A DNA stretch of 64,000 nt. Origin: an uncultured bacterium. Lineage in GTDB: Bacteria; Patescibacteriota; JAHJAL01. Location: NCBI GenBank assembly GCA_938004065.1, contig CALKWM010000039.1:1313-65312 (forward strand). Direction: 5' to 3'. Shown piece after piece: positions 18,384-27,420 of the stretch (the first letter of the stretch is position 1; every line of letters begins with the position of its first letter). The position numbers were made by a program, and so were the translations under genes. The notes beneath the pieces are model-generated. The model did not search any database. It had not been told where the DNA came from and saw only the letters and a list, made by a program, of their open reading frames with translations.

Positions 18384-19511
18384 TCAATCAATTTCAATCA
18401 CCTGCCCATCTTTGATTTCTTTGACCGAGTACTGGATCCAAACCAAATCGCCGTTTTTATCGAAACGATAATCACCGATAATTCCGCTATAATTCTTTAA
18501 ATTATAGAAATAATTTTTTACCAAATCGGCGTCGTAACCTTCGCTTACCATCGCTTGTTTAAACAAATATACACCATCATAGGCCGCGCCCAGATAAAAT
18601 TCAAATGTTGGCTGGCCGTATTTGGCCGTGAAATTTGTGAGGAAATTGTCTGCCACCACATTATCCCGATCCAATGATGGATTATCGACAATTTTTATCC
18701 CTTCCGCATCTTTTCCGGCAATCTCTAAAGCAGTGGCGCCGGCCACCACATTGGTTCCAAATAGGGGAGTGTCCAGTTTAGCTTCAAAAATCTGCTTCAC
18801 GATTTTTCCTCCACTGGCTTCCGTTTGTGGATTTATCAATATTGCCTGCGGATTTTTGGCTTTGATTTCGCCGATATATGATTTGAAATCGCTGTCCATC
18901 GTGGAATACAGGCCATCATAAACCAGCTTACCGCCGGCTTTTTCATACTCCTCTTTGAAAACATTTCGCAAGTCGATAGCATAATCAGTACTTTCACTGA
19001 TCACGGCAACGGTTTTGTATTGTTTGGAAATTAGATTTGCCAATGCTTTTCCGATGTCGGCATCGGATGGTGTGTTACGAAATATAAAATCGCCGGCCAA
19101 GGTTACATCCGGACTGGATGAAGAAGGGGAGATGGCTACCGCCTGGGAGCTGTTTAACAACGGAGCTATCGCCAATGTTTCCCCACTGCAAACACCCCCG
19201 ATGATAAATTTTACTTTTTCCGTATCGATCAATTTTTGAGCCGCCATTTGTGCGCCGTTTTCCTCGCACAAACCATCTTCCGCGATCAATTTAATTTGTT
19301 TGCCCATGATCCCGCCGGATTGATTGATCTCATCAACCGCCAATTTCACCGCATTCAAAATCGGCTCGCCGTAACTTTTGGCATCACCGGACAATGGGCC
19401 GACAAACCCGATTTTCACCTCATCAACTTTATCCCATTCATTGATTGATACCACTTTACATCCGGTCGCAAACAACAGTAACGCCAATGCGATCGATAAA
19501 ATCTTCTTCAT
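18384..19511 (-). CDS. ABC transporter substrate-binding lipoprotein (LivJ/Peripla_BP_6-like, branched-chain amino acid type); orphan, with no permease adjacent.
   Basis: Lipobox LLFATGC. The type-I periplasmic-binding-protein segment GFVGPLSGDAKSYGEPILNAVKLAVDEINQSGGIMGKQIKL is present. Confidence 0.75.
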   Translation of the reverse strand: MKKILSIALALLLFATGCKVVSINEWDKVDEVKIGFVGPLSGDAKSYGEPILNAVKLAVDEINQSGGIMGKQIKLIAEDGLCEENGAQMAAQKLIDTEKVKFIIGGVCSGETLAIAPLLNSSQAVAISPSSSSPDVTLAGDFIFRNTPSDADIGKALANLISKQYKTVAVISESTDYAIDLRNVFKEEYEKAGGKLVYDGLYSTMDSDFKSYIGEIKAKNPQAILINPQTEASGGKIVKQIFEAKLDTPLFGTNVVAGATALEIAGKDAEGIKIVDNPSLDRDNVVADNFLTNFTAKYGQPTFEFYLGAAYDGVYLFKQAMVSEGYDADLVKNYFYNLKNYSGIIGDYRFDKNGDLVWIQYSVKEIKDGQVIEID

Positions 19512-19654
19512 TTTTATAATTTAATTAATGCTATGTATTTTCATCATATATAAACACCAACTAATTGTAAAAACATCTTGAAAAAACCTTAATTATATCC
19601 TATATTTAGATTTGTAATTTAAAAAAATATCATACAAAAAGAGGTGAAAAAAAA

Positions 19655-20158
19655 TTGTTTAAAAAAATTATCTCATTAATTTTTTCTTTTTTACTCTTAG
19701 TAAACGTAGCCAATGCCCAAGTAAAAAAATCTGTTTCAATCGCCATCATTGGAGCCGAGAATTCCGATCAAATGGTAATTTATTTGTCAGCTTTCGGCAA
19801 TGACTTACAGAGGATTAAATTATCCGCAGACAATACAATTGTTGTACCAAACAATAGAGAGATTTGGCTGTATGTGCCATATGACAAAGACAAATATGAC
19901 ACTTTATTAATTGATAATATTCCGGTCTATGAACGTACGGTCATTAGTCTCTCCCAAACACATAACGAGTATTGTTTTTGGGTGGTTTTAAATGAACAAC
20001 CACCGGGGATTCATAAGGTTGAATTTATATCCGGTGGGCAGAGTTTCTTTTTTTCTATTCAAGCAATGGAAAATTTTGAAACAAATATCGTGAAATATTG
20101 CGAGGAAGTCAAAAAAATTTACGAATTCCTCCCGAGAGGATATTTGATTGAAAACTAA
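19655..20158 (+). CDS. hypothetical secreted protein.
   Basis: Signal peptide MFKKIISLIFSFLLLVNVANA. No other motif recognised. Confidence 0.45.
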   Translation: MFKKIISLIFSFLLLVNVANAQVKKSVSIAIIGAENSDQMVIYLSAFGNDLQRIKLSADNTIVVPNNREIWLYVPYDKDKYDTLLIDNIPVYERTVISLSQTHNEYCFWVVLNEQPPGIHKVEFISGGQSFFFSIQAMENFETNIVKYCEEVKKIYEFLPRGYLIEN

Positions 20159-20198
20159 TTGCTCAACAAGTTAAGATTGCCAAAAATAATTAAAATAA

Positions 20199-20248
20199 TC
20201 GATCCCCGATCCGGAGCACCCTACGGGCTTCCGGTCGAGAATGACAGA
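20199..20248. repeat. MITE-core-only fragment (GATCCCCGATCCGGAGCACCCTACGGGCTTCCGGTCGAGAATGACAGA).
   Basis: It shares the GGATCCCCGAT and CGAGGATGACAGA-like ends of the MITE core but lacks the AT-rich TIR arms. Confidence 0.4.
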
Positions 20249-20254
20249 CAAAAT

Positions 20255-20293
20255 AATAATTTTTTTAAAAATCCCCCGATAACCTCGGGGGAT
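20255..20293 (-). terminator. Rho-independent terminator for tyrS (ATCCCCCGA-GGTTA-TCGGGGGAT, then a T-run on the minus strand).
   Basis: Perfect 9-bp GC stem 5 nt after the tyrS stop, followed on the minus strand by TTTTTAAAAAAATT. Confidence 0.6.
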
Positions 20294-20298
20294 TAATC

Positions 20299-21426
20299 TT
20301 ATCTACTAACTATACTGTTCAATTCCCGCAACAATTCTTTCTTTTCCGGTTTATCAAATTCATCTCGTATCGGTTTTAACAAATCTATCAAAAATTCCGC
20401 CACCGCATTTTTCAAATCCATTGGATGTAATTCTCCTTTGGCAAATGTTTTCTTTAGCTCTTCAATACTATTTAACTCCATATCACCGCCATGTTCCGGT
20501 TTTCTTTTGATGATCAATTTATCCTGATGTGTAAAAACCAAATTCTCCACCCAGTCGATAATCGGATTGAACTCCACTTCACCTTCCGGACAAAATGCTT
20601 TGGCAATTTTTTGGCGAATCTCTTCCTCGCTATCATGGACAAAAACAGCACTGTTTGGAACCGATTTGCTCATCTTCATGGTTGACCACAAATCTTGTTT
20701 ATTCATCTCGTCTGGTATCGGCCAAACTGACGGTTTTTGCAGTCCAAGCAACAATTTGTGATGTATTCCCACCGGCTTGACGATATTTTCGCCCAATTTC
20801 AAAGGATTTATTTTTAATTTCATTGCCACATCTCTCGCGATTACCTGGGCTTTTCTTTGATCATTGCCGGCATGTGGCAGATGAATCTGCATCGTGAAAA
20901 TATCGGAAACCTGCATCGCCGGGTACATTAATTTTGCAAAATCCACTGCATCACCTTCATTTCTACCCATAATTGTGATACTGCGTTTCATTCTGGCAAG
21001 TGTTGTGTTCTTGGATATTTCAACAACCGTTTCCCAAAATTGATTATTTTCCTTGTACAAATCAGAACCCAAAACGAATGTCAATTTTTTCGAGTTACCA
21101 CCCAACACTTCAAAACACAATTTCAAAGTGTGTGCGAAATAATCATGAGCAAACTTGGCGATTTTTTTTCTGTCCCCACCCAATTTATCATTGATCCAGC
21201 TGTGCCAGTCGGCCAGAAATACATGACAATTCACTCCCGCGTCCATGATGTCTTTGACTTTTTGCATACATACCAGACCTGTTCCCAGATGCACCATGCC
21301 GGAAATTTCAAAACCAATGTAGTGGTTGAGTGGCTGACCTGATTCTATCATCTTTTTCAAATCTTCTTCCGTCATAACTTCGGCTGTGTTTTGAGAAATC
21401 AATTTAATTTTTTTGTCATTAGTCAT
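20299..21426 (-). CDS. tyrS: Tyrosyl-tRNA synthetase, archaeal/eukaryal type.
   Basis: Class I synthetase with KMSKS. The C-terminal GELHPMDLKNAVAEFLIDLLKPIRDEF, and the preceding EEIRQKIAKAFCPEGEVEFNPII, closely resemble my recollection of Methanocaldococcus jannaschii TyrRS, which is not a bacterial TyrS/TyrZ. Confidence 0.85.
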   Translation of the reverse strand: MTNDKKIKLISQNTAEVMTEEDLKKMIESGQPLNHYIGFEISGMVHLGTGLVCMQKVKDIMDAGVNCHVFLADWHSWINDKLGGDRKKIAKFAHDYFAHTLKLCFEVLGGNSKKLTFVLGSDLYKENNQFWETVVEISKNTTLARMKRSITIMGRNEGDAVDFAKLMYPAMQVSDIFTMQIHLPHAGNDQRKAQVIARDVAMKLKINPLKLGENIVKPVGIHHKLLLGLQKPSVWPIPDEMNKQDLWSTMKMSKSVPNSAVFVHDSEEEIRQKIAKAFCPEGEVEFNPIIDWVENLVFTHQDKLIIKRKPEHGGDMELNSIEELKKTFAKGELHPMDLKNAVAEFLIDLLKPIRDEFDKPEKKELLRELNSIVSR

Positions 21427-21488
21427 AATTTTTTCTTATTACTTATTTCTTATTTCTTAATTCTTGTTCGCGCCTTCGGCGCGAAAAA

Positions 21489-21560
21489 TCCGGCGGGTAG
21501 GAATCGAACCTACCTTTCTGGTTTTACAGACCAGCGCATAAACCTCTCTGCCACCGCCGG
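21489..21560 (-). tRNA. tRNA-Tyr (anticodon GTA), class I structure with a 4-nt variable loop, C1:G72, discriminator A73, and no encoded CCA.
   Basis: Cloverleaf folded by hand. Acceptor CCGGCGG/CCGCCGG. D-stem GCAG/ATGC. Anticodon stem CTGGT/ACCAG with loop CTGTAAA (U33, anticodon GTA, A37). Variable loop AAAG. T-stem GTAGG/CCTAC with loop TTCGATT. It lies 57 nt upstream of tyrS on the same strand. Confidence 0.8.
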
Positions 21561-22285
21561 AAAACATTTCAAGTTCTAATTTCTAATTTTTAAGTTTTAA
21601 AGTTACAAATAACATACAAAATATTGACTGTGATAATTTTTTTTCTTGCTTCTTTTGTCATGTGTCTTGATTCTTGTTAAATGCAATTTAATATATAAAA
21701 AAACTCATCTTCGAATACAAACTTTTTTACAAAAATTTGTATCCAAGGACGAGTTTTCTCGCGGTACCACCTTGGTTTATTGATCTATTGCTAAATCAAT
21801 CTCAGTAAGTGTCAAACAACACTTTAGTATATGATAACGGTTACTTTCCGTCAGGCCTTACTTGTGATTTCTGACCTGCCACATCGAAATGGGTGTAATT
21901 TGTTTAGTCCCAAATCTAAATATCGTGTTTAATAATAAATTGTTAAAAACTCTATTCGCATATTACAAACCGATTATAGCAAATATGTATTCATTTGTCA
22001 AGAACGTATTCAGAGCATAAATTTTGTCATAATATCATCCACAAAAGATATTTTTAAAAAACATTAGTGTATAAATTTATCAATTAGATAAATCCAGCAA
22101 GTCTTCTCAAATACATTTTTTTAGAAGCAATATTTTTGTTAAAATAATAAAGATGACAATTTTTCCATTTGGAAAAAATAATAATATGGGAAAAAAAATT
22201 ATAAATAAAAGCGACTTTTGAGGAGTGATTTTTTTATCCTCATTTTTTTAATTTTTTACTAGCCGGTAAGTTAATTTGTAAAAAA

Positions 22286-22684
22286 ATGAAAACATTGGAA
22301 ACTGCCAAAAAATTTGAATCTGAAAAATGGCAAGAAATTATTAATCAAAAAGAGATTGAACAGGACATAAGACTGGATATCAAAAACCAAAATGATAAAG
22401 AATTGCTTAGAATGGCCAAAGCCATCATTATCCAACTGGAAAACAAAAATTTTGGCGAAGAGATTATGGCAGAAATAAATACTCTACTGCAAAGCTATGC
22501 CAAAGCAGATCATATCGACAAACAGCATATTTGCCGAACGATAATAAATCGGGTAGCCAAATATTTGGAAATTGACACCAAGATGGAGTACAGCGGTTAT
22601 GAAACACGGCTAAATATGCCAAAAAAATCGATCCGTCAGACGAAAATAGTTCAAATGGCTCAGGCGATACCGAATTCACTCTGA
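22286..22684 (+). CDS. hypothetical protein.
   Basis: 132-aa ORF upstream of the kinase in a different frame. No motif recognised. Confidence 0.4.
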   Translation: MKTLETAKKFESEKWQEIINQKEIEQDIRLDIKNQNDKELLRMAKAIIIQLENKNFGEEIMAEINTLLQSYAKADHIDKQHICRTIINRVAKYLEIDTKMEYSGYETRLNMPKKSIRQTKIVQMAQAIPNSL

Positions 22685-22701
22685 TTTTTGATAAATCAAA
22701 T

Positions 22702-23514
22702 GTGGAGGAATTAGAGAAAGAAATTGAAATTGATCGAAAATCAGGCAAATTAACTATGGTGAATTATAATATGGTTATGGAAAAAGAAAAGGTCGATAAA
22801 TTAGTCACAATGCAAAACTCTATCCAAAATTATCGTGAATACAACCATGAATTAAAAAATTGTTATTCAGCCGGATTATTGGCCATTGAATGTGCATATA
22901 ATAGTTTAAGTACGCAGATTGGTGAAGAAAAAATGGCTATTGAGAAAAAAATATTTGATGAAAAAATCGGTTACGCCAAAAAACTACTTTGTTTGGGACC
23001 GGAAAAATTTGCTATGTTAGGAGAGTCAAAATCCGTGGTCGATTGTGGAGAAATAGTTGATTCACAAGTGGATTTATTCCGCGATTATCTGCAAGGAGAA
23101 AATATCAGTATTAAAATTATCAAAGATAACAAATTTTATTTAAGAAATGCTTCACCACATAAATTGCGAGTAGTGATAAGTAATCTCATCAAAAACGCCG
23201 AAGAAGCTTTCGCCGGAATCGAAAAACCGGACAAAAAAATCCTCCTTTTATTTGATTATCACAATGGTTATAACTGTTTAAAAATTGTTGATAATGGCAA
23301 AGGTATGTCAGAAAACGAGAAAGAGAAAATTTTCCTAAAAAACTATTCATCCAAAGGTGATGGTCGAGGTATCGGCATGTCGATAGTCAAAAAATATATC
23401 GAAGAACTCGGGGGTAAGTTAGAGGTACAAAGCGCCAAAGAAAAATACACCGAAATGTGCTTGAAATTCCCCGAAAGTATTTGTATCAGCAAAAATTGTC
23501 AACGAAAAGATTGA
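22702..23514 (+). CDS. Small cytoplasmic sensor histidine kinase (HisKA-like H-box plus HATPase_c).
   Basis: H-box YNHELKNCYSAGLL. The N-box is in NLIKNAEEAF, and the G1/G2 boxes are DNGKGMS and GDGRGIGMSIVKKY. Confidence 0.65.
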   Translation: MEELEKEIEIDRKSGKLTMVNYNMVMEKEKVDKLVTMQNSIQNYREYNHELKNCYSAGLLAIECAYNSLSTQIGEEKMAIEKKIFDEKIGYAKKLLCLGPEKFAMLGESKSVVDCGEIVDSQVDLFRDYLQGENISIKIIKDNKFYLRNASPHKLRVVISNLIKNAEEAFAGIEKPDKKILLLFDYHNGYNCLKIVDNGKGMSENEKEKIFLKNYSSKGDGRGIGMSIVKKYIEELGGKLEVQSAKEKYTEMCLKFPESICISKNCQRKD

Positions 23515-23679
23515 TATTATGGCGATACAATGGCTTCACATTTTTATGATTTGTTTTAAAATGATATGACATGATTCTAGTCATAGTCACTATTTATTTC
23601 AGCGGTTTCTTGTGCTACTCTATAAGTAAAGATAACAAAAATAAAACTTTTTCCCTTGCATTTTTTAGGAAAAGTTTTC

Positions 23680-24924
23680 ATGAAAAATTTATATAAAACC
23701 ATAATTACTCTGATCATCATCCCGGTAATTTTTTTATTGTCCCCAGCCAAAATCCTGGCATACAAAGATTTACCGATCTCCGATTCGGCAACAACTAAAT
23801 ACATCTATCGTTTTTGGAGCCCTGTTTTCAAGGGTCATTTTTTCACCATGGACCATGCCGAAGCCAATCGAGTGGCCAACGAGGACAGTAACTGGAATTT
23901 TGAACAGATTGCCTACAGCGCCTATGCCATGCAATCTGAAGCAACCTTGCCCGTTTATCGTTTTTGGAGTCCGGTATTTCATGGACATTTTTATACCATC
24001 AATCCGGAAGAATGGATGCGAGTCAAAGACACCGATTCCAACTGGAATTACGAATGGATCGCCTATTATGCATATCCACCAACCTATACCGGTGAAGCCA
24101 AAAATGTTTATCGTTTTTGGAGTCCCGTTTTTCTCCATCACTTTTTTACTATCGACGAAGAGGAGATGAAGCGTGTCCGTGATACCGATCCCAATTGGGA
24201 CTACGAGGGAATCGCCTTCAAAGTCCCGCCGGGTGACACCAATCAGACAATCACCGGTGATGAGAAAAAGCTGATTGAAAGCGAAACCGCCGCTATCCAA
24301 GTCGATGAAATTAGCGATGTAACCAGTCAATACCCGGCTCAGGCCAAAACTGGAGAAAAACTTATCGCTACCAAAGTTTATCTACTTAATACCGGTCAGG
24401 ATCCAATTGATTATAGTCTGTATGATTTTATTTTAAAAAATCCGGAAAATGGCCAAACCTACCAACCTCAACCCATCGCCGAACCGGTTTTGGTTGGCGG
24501 TAAACTTTCACCCGGGGAAAGTGTTGAAGGTAATCTCACGTTTTCCATCCCGACCGATTTAAACAATCCCGTTCTGCAATACTCGAGCGACAACATGGAG
24601 ATAAAAAACAATCGAATCGAAGTCAATCTGGATATCACCCCCAGCGTCGTCATCATTTCCAGCGGTGTCATAACGGACCAATTTTCTTCCCAAAAAATCG
24701 TCGGTACGGTCAAAAACAATACCAAAACTCCGGTTAGACACGTCAAAATAACCGCCAGTTATTTTGATGAATCTATGGAACAAATCGGCGAAAATTTTAG
24801 TTATGCCGAAAAAGCCAGTATCGATTTTCTCCAACCCGGCGATACCGCCGATTTCAAAATCTGGTACTCGAGCAACCCATCTGTCAAGTACTATGAATTA
24901 ACTCTAAACTGGCAGACAAACTAG
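23680..24924 (+). CDS. Secreted protein with three tandem ~50-aa repeats (YRFWSPVF.GHF.T...SNWN.E.IAY) and a C-terminal Ig-like/DUF4352-like region.
   Basis: Signal peptide. Three repeats visible by eye. The repeat resembles the YRFYNxxTGxHFYT...GWxYEGIAFY repeat family (DUF5648-like); that family assignment is from memory. The start was chosen at the internal Met MKNLYKT. Confidence 0.55.
   Translation: MKNLYKTIITLIIIPVIFLLSPAKILAYKDLPISDSATTKYIYRFWSPVFKGHFFTMDHAEANRVANEDSNWNFEQIAYSAYAMQSEATLPVYRFWSPVFHGHFYTINPEEWMRVKDTDSNWNYEWIAYYAYPPTYTGEAKNVYRFWSPVFLHHFFTIDEEEMKRVRDTDPNWDYEGIAFKVPPGDTNQTITGDEKKLIESETAAIQVDEISDVTSQYPAQAKTGEKLIATKVYLLNTGQDPIDYSLYDFILKNPENGQTYQPQPIAEPVLVGGKLSPGESVEGNLTFSIPTDLNNPVLQYSSDNMEIKNNRIEVNLDITPSVVIISSGVITDQFSSQKIVGTVKNNTKTPVRHVKITASYFDESMEQIGENFSYAEKASIDFLQPGDTADFKIWYSSNPSVKYYELTLNWQTN
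23797..24250 (+). repeat. Coding tandem repeat, 3 units of ~147-153 bp.
   Basis: TATCGTTTTTGGAG(C/T)CC recurs at 23806, 23953 and 24106. Confidence 0.7.
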
Positions 24925-24948
24925 ATTAATTTAATGATATATCAAAAA

Positions 24949-24977
24949 CAGCCGTATTATTCACGGCTGTTTAATAT
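24949..24977. terminator. Bidirectional terminator hairpin (AACAGCCGT-ATTATTC-ACGGCTGTT) between convergent genes.
   Basis: Perfect 9-bp stem with A/T runs on both sides. Confidence 0.55.
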
Positions 24978-25000
24978 AGAATCAAAGAAAAAAATACCAA

Positions 25001-26578
25001 TTATTTACTAAACAATTGATCGATCACCAACTGTCCATTATCTTCCTGGGCGTGTAAACTTAACTTTGTTGCCAATATTGCCACCTCTCTTTCGTATCGG
25101 GACAGTTCGGCAAATTCTTGTGAATTGACCAAACTTGTACTTTTTTTTACCACATCTTGTTTAACATTTCCCAAGGTAATTTCAATCAGATCTAAAAATT
25201 CACCTCTGCTGATAGTTAAATCAATTGTTCTTTCTTGCGGGGGCTTTATGATTTTTGACTCCATGCTTTTTCCCGCTTGTAATGAATTAATATTTTCCTG
25301 TTTTCCCGTTTTCTGAATTTTTTCCGCGTGTTCTTTCAATGCTTCAACCATCTGCCATTTTTTGAGAAAATCAATTATCTGCGGACAATAACTGGCAAAA
25401 ATATCCTGTTTTTGCACTGATTGCGCTAACTTCTGGAGATCATCCAAACGAAAATATCTTTTAATTTTTTCTAAAACGCTCACGCCGGCAGTCTGTTTGA
25501 GTTGTGCTTCAGATTTATTCATCTCTCGTAAATCAATGCTCACATTGATCTTGCTTGATTTTTCTTCGGAATTATTTTCAATTTGTCTTTTGATTAACTG
25601 ATTTTTGCGCTGGAATTTTTCTATTTCCCCAATTTGTATCTCGTTCAAAGCCAATTGATATTCAACTTTTTTCACTTTGTTCAATTGGTGAAAATAGAAA
25701 AAATACTTTGCTTGTAACAACAGTTCACTCTCAATCTTGTCTTGCCAAGCATTCTTGACTCGTTCCAAATATGGTAAATGTTTAAATTTTGACAGTAACT
25801 CATCCGGCAGTAAATCCGGTTTTTCATCAGCCAAATTTTCCACCAAAATATTTATTTGCGCACTTTTTTTAGTTTTGATGGCATCAACCAGTGTTTTGGT
25901 CATTAGTTGGCCGGTGGCTTTTTCTCCAATAGTATCGGTTAAATCGCGGATGTCTTTGTCAATAAACAATTCTTGTGTAAGTAAATCGATCTTGCCGATA
26001 TTTTCAAATGGATTGCTGTTTTGGTCCAAGTTATTTAACCGAGCATCAAAAGTATTGATATATTTTTTGTACCGGTTAATGATTTCGTCCAAATCATTTT
26101 TGATGTATTCGTTATATTTTTCTTTGTAAAACACATCGGAAAATCCCTTAAAGCAATCCAGCTTCATCTGCATTTCAGCAATATACTGGGCGGTAGCTTG
26201 ATTGCCGGCAATTTTATGTTGTAAGAAACCGATATATTCATTTCTTTTCTGTTCAATCTCTTGATCGATGATTTTTATCAAATCCTCATCCGTCTTTGAT
26301 GTGGACAATCTTTCAATCTCCTGAGTTAAAAACTCATTTTGATTTTCGACATAAGTCAATTTACTTTGCAATAAATCTATTTGAAAATTCGTAAAATCAT
26401 CAAAAACATCGGGGTATTTGATAACCTTTTTATCGCCATTACTGCCAACGGATTCAATCTTTGGTGTTAGTAGCAGTTTTGAGATAATCAACCCCTTGTT
26501 AAAATCTGCCGATTCGATATGATTGGACCCATCTTTTCTTTGATAGTCGTTCGGTTCTTGTCCCGGAGCGTTTTTCAT
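25001..26578 (-). CDS. hypothetical coiled-coil protein.
   Basis: 525 aa, rich in E/K/Q/L with heptad-like stretches. No catalytic motif. Confidence 0.5.
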   Translation of the reverse strand: MKNAPGQEPNDYQRKDGSNHIESADFNKGLIISKLLLTPKIESVGSNGDKKVIKYPDVFDDFTNFQIDLLQSKLTYVENQNEFLTQEIERLSTSKTDEDLIKIIDQEIEQKRNEYIGFLQHKIAGNQATAQYIAEMQMKLDCFKGFSDVFYKEKYNEYIKNDLDEIINRYKKYINTFDARLNNLDQNSNPFENIGKIDLLTQELFIDKDIRDLTDTIGEKATGQLMTKTLVDAIKTKKSAQINILVENLADEKPDLLPDELLSKFKHLPYLERVKNAWQDKIESELLLQAKYFFYFHQLNKVKKVEYQLALNEIQIGEIEKFQRKNQLIKRQIENNSEEKSSKINVSIDLREMNKSEAQLKQTAGVSVLEKIKRYFRLDDLQKLAQSVQKQDIFASYCPQIIDFLKKWQMVEALKEHAEKIQKTGKQENINSLQAGKSMESKIIKPPQERTIDLTISRGEFLDLIEITLGNVKQDVVKKSTSLVNSQEFAELSRYEREVAILATKLSLHAQEDNGQLVIDQLFSK

Positions 26579-26740
26579 AAATATTCATTAATTTAAACTT
26601 TTTAAAATATAACAATAATTTATCATATTGGCAATGATTAAATTAATCATAATACACTACCACAGCTTGCCTTTGGATTTAAAATTTGTTAAGTTATGAA
26701 TTGGAAGGCAAAATAATTATTCATATCATTATAGACAAAC

Positions 26741-27328
26741 ATGAAAACAAATCTTGATTCAATCAAGGATTATTCATTTGACCGGCAAGTATTGGCCAGT
26801 CAAAACAGTATGGATTTCCTGGCCAAAATGAAAGAGAAATACACATCCGGCAATACCGATAAAAAGGTTTCCATGGACAATGTTGCTGTCGTACCCAACA
26901 ACAGCTTTATTGATTACCGAAAAGATGTTTTTGAAAGACGGGCTAAACACGATTGGCTCAAGCGATTGGAAAACAAATACACTGCCAAAAACACCGATAC
27001 CGGTTTATCCGGCAATCATTTGGAAAAAGCCAAGGCGGGGAGTTTTTTTGAAAACAATGCCCCATCTTCCGCTCCCCAAAATTCATCCGGAAATTTATCC
27101 AAATGGCAACGCATACAAGCCATAAAAAACTATATCAAATTTTGTTCCGCCACCGAACCGACGCCCGCCATCGCTTCCACTTCTGACTCGACCGATGCAC
27201 AATCATGCACTTCTCCGGTAATACCAGATTGTGTCAATCAACCGTCGCTAGGAAACCGTTTATGGACCGGAGTGAAAGATGTTGTATCCGGAGTAAAAAA
27301 TTTCTTTACCGGAATTTTCAAGCGATAA
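26741..27328 (+). CDS. hypothetical protein.
   Basis: 195-aa ORF. No motif recognised. Confidence 0.4.
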   Translation: MKTNLDSIKDYSFDRQVLASQNSMDFLAKMKEKYTSGNTDKKVSMDNVAVVPNNSFIDYRKDVFERRAKHDWLKRLENKYTAKNTDTGLSGNHLEKAKAGSFFENNAPSSAPQNSSGNLSKWQRIQAIKNYIKFCSATEPTPAIASTSDSTDAQSCTSPVIPDCVNQPSLGNRLWTGVKDVVSGVKNFFTGIFKR

Positions 27329-27348
27329 ACAACATTTTTTTTTAAATA

Positions 27349-27391
27349 AAAACAAAAGCCACCTTAAAATATTCTAAGGTGGCTTTTGTTT
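27349..27391. terminator. Bidirectional terminator (AAAGCCACCTTA..TAAGGTGGCTTT).
   Basis: 12-bp perfect stem between convergent ORFs, flanked by A and T runs. Confidence 0.6.
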
Positions 27392-27420
27392 AAAATTGTC
27401 TTGTTTTTAAATAGAACTAT

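Noticed and set aside
21465-21485. GC hairpin CGCGCCTTCGGCGCG between the tRNA-Tyr and tyrS as a terminator.
   Set aside because: Neither strand has a U-run following the stem (minus strand: the U-run precedes it; plus strand: A-run). It is more likely an RNA processing or stability element than an intrinsic terminator, so it was not annotated.
23770-24330. 186-aa minus-strand ORF.
   Set aside because: It is antisense to the tandem-repeat region of the secreted protein. Repeats propagate open frames on both strands.
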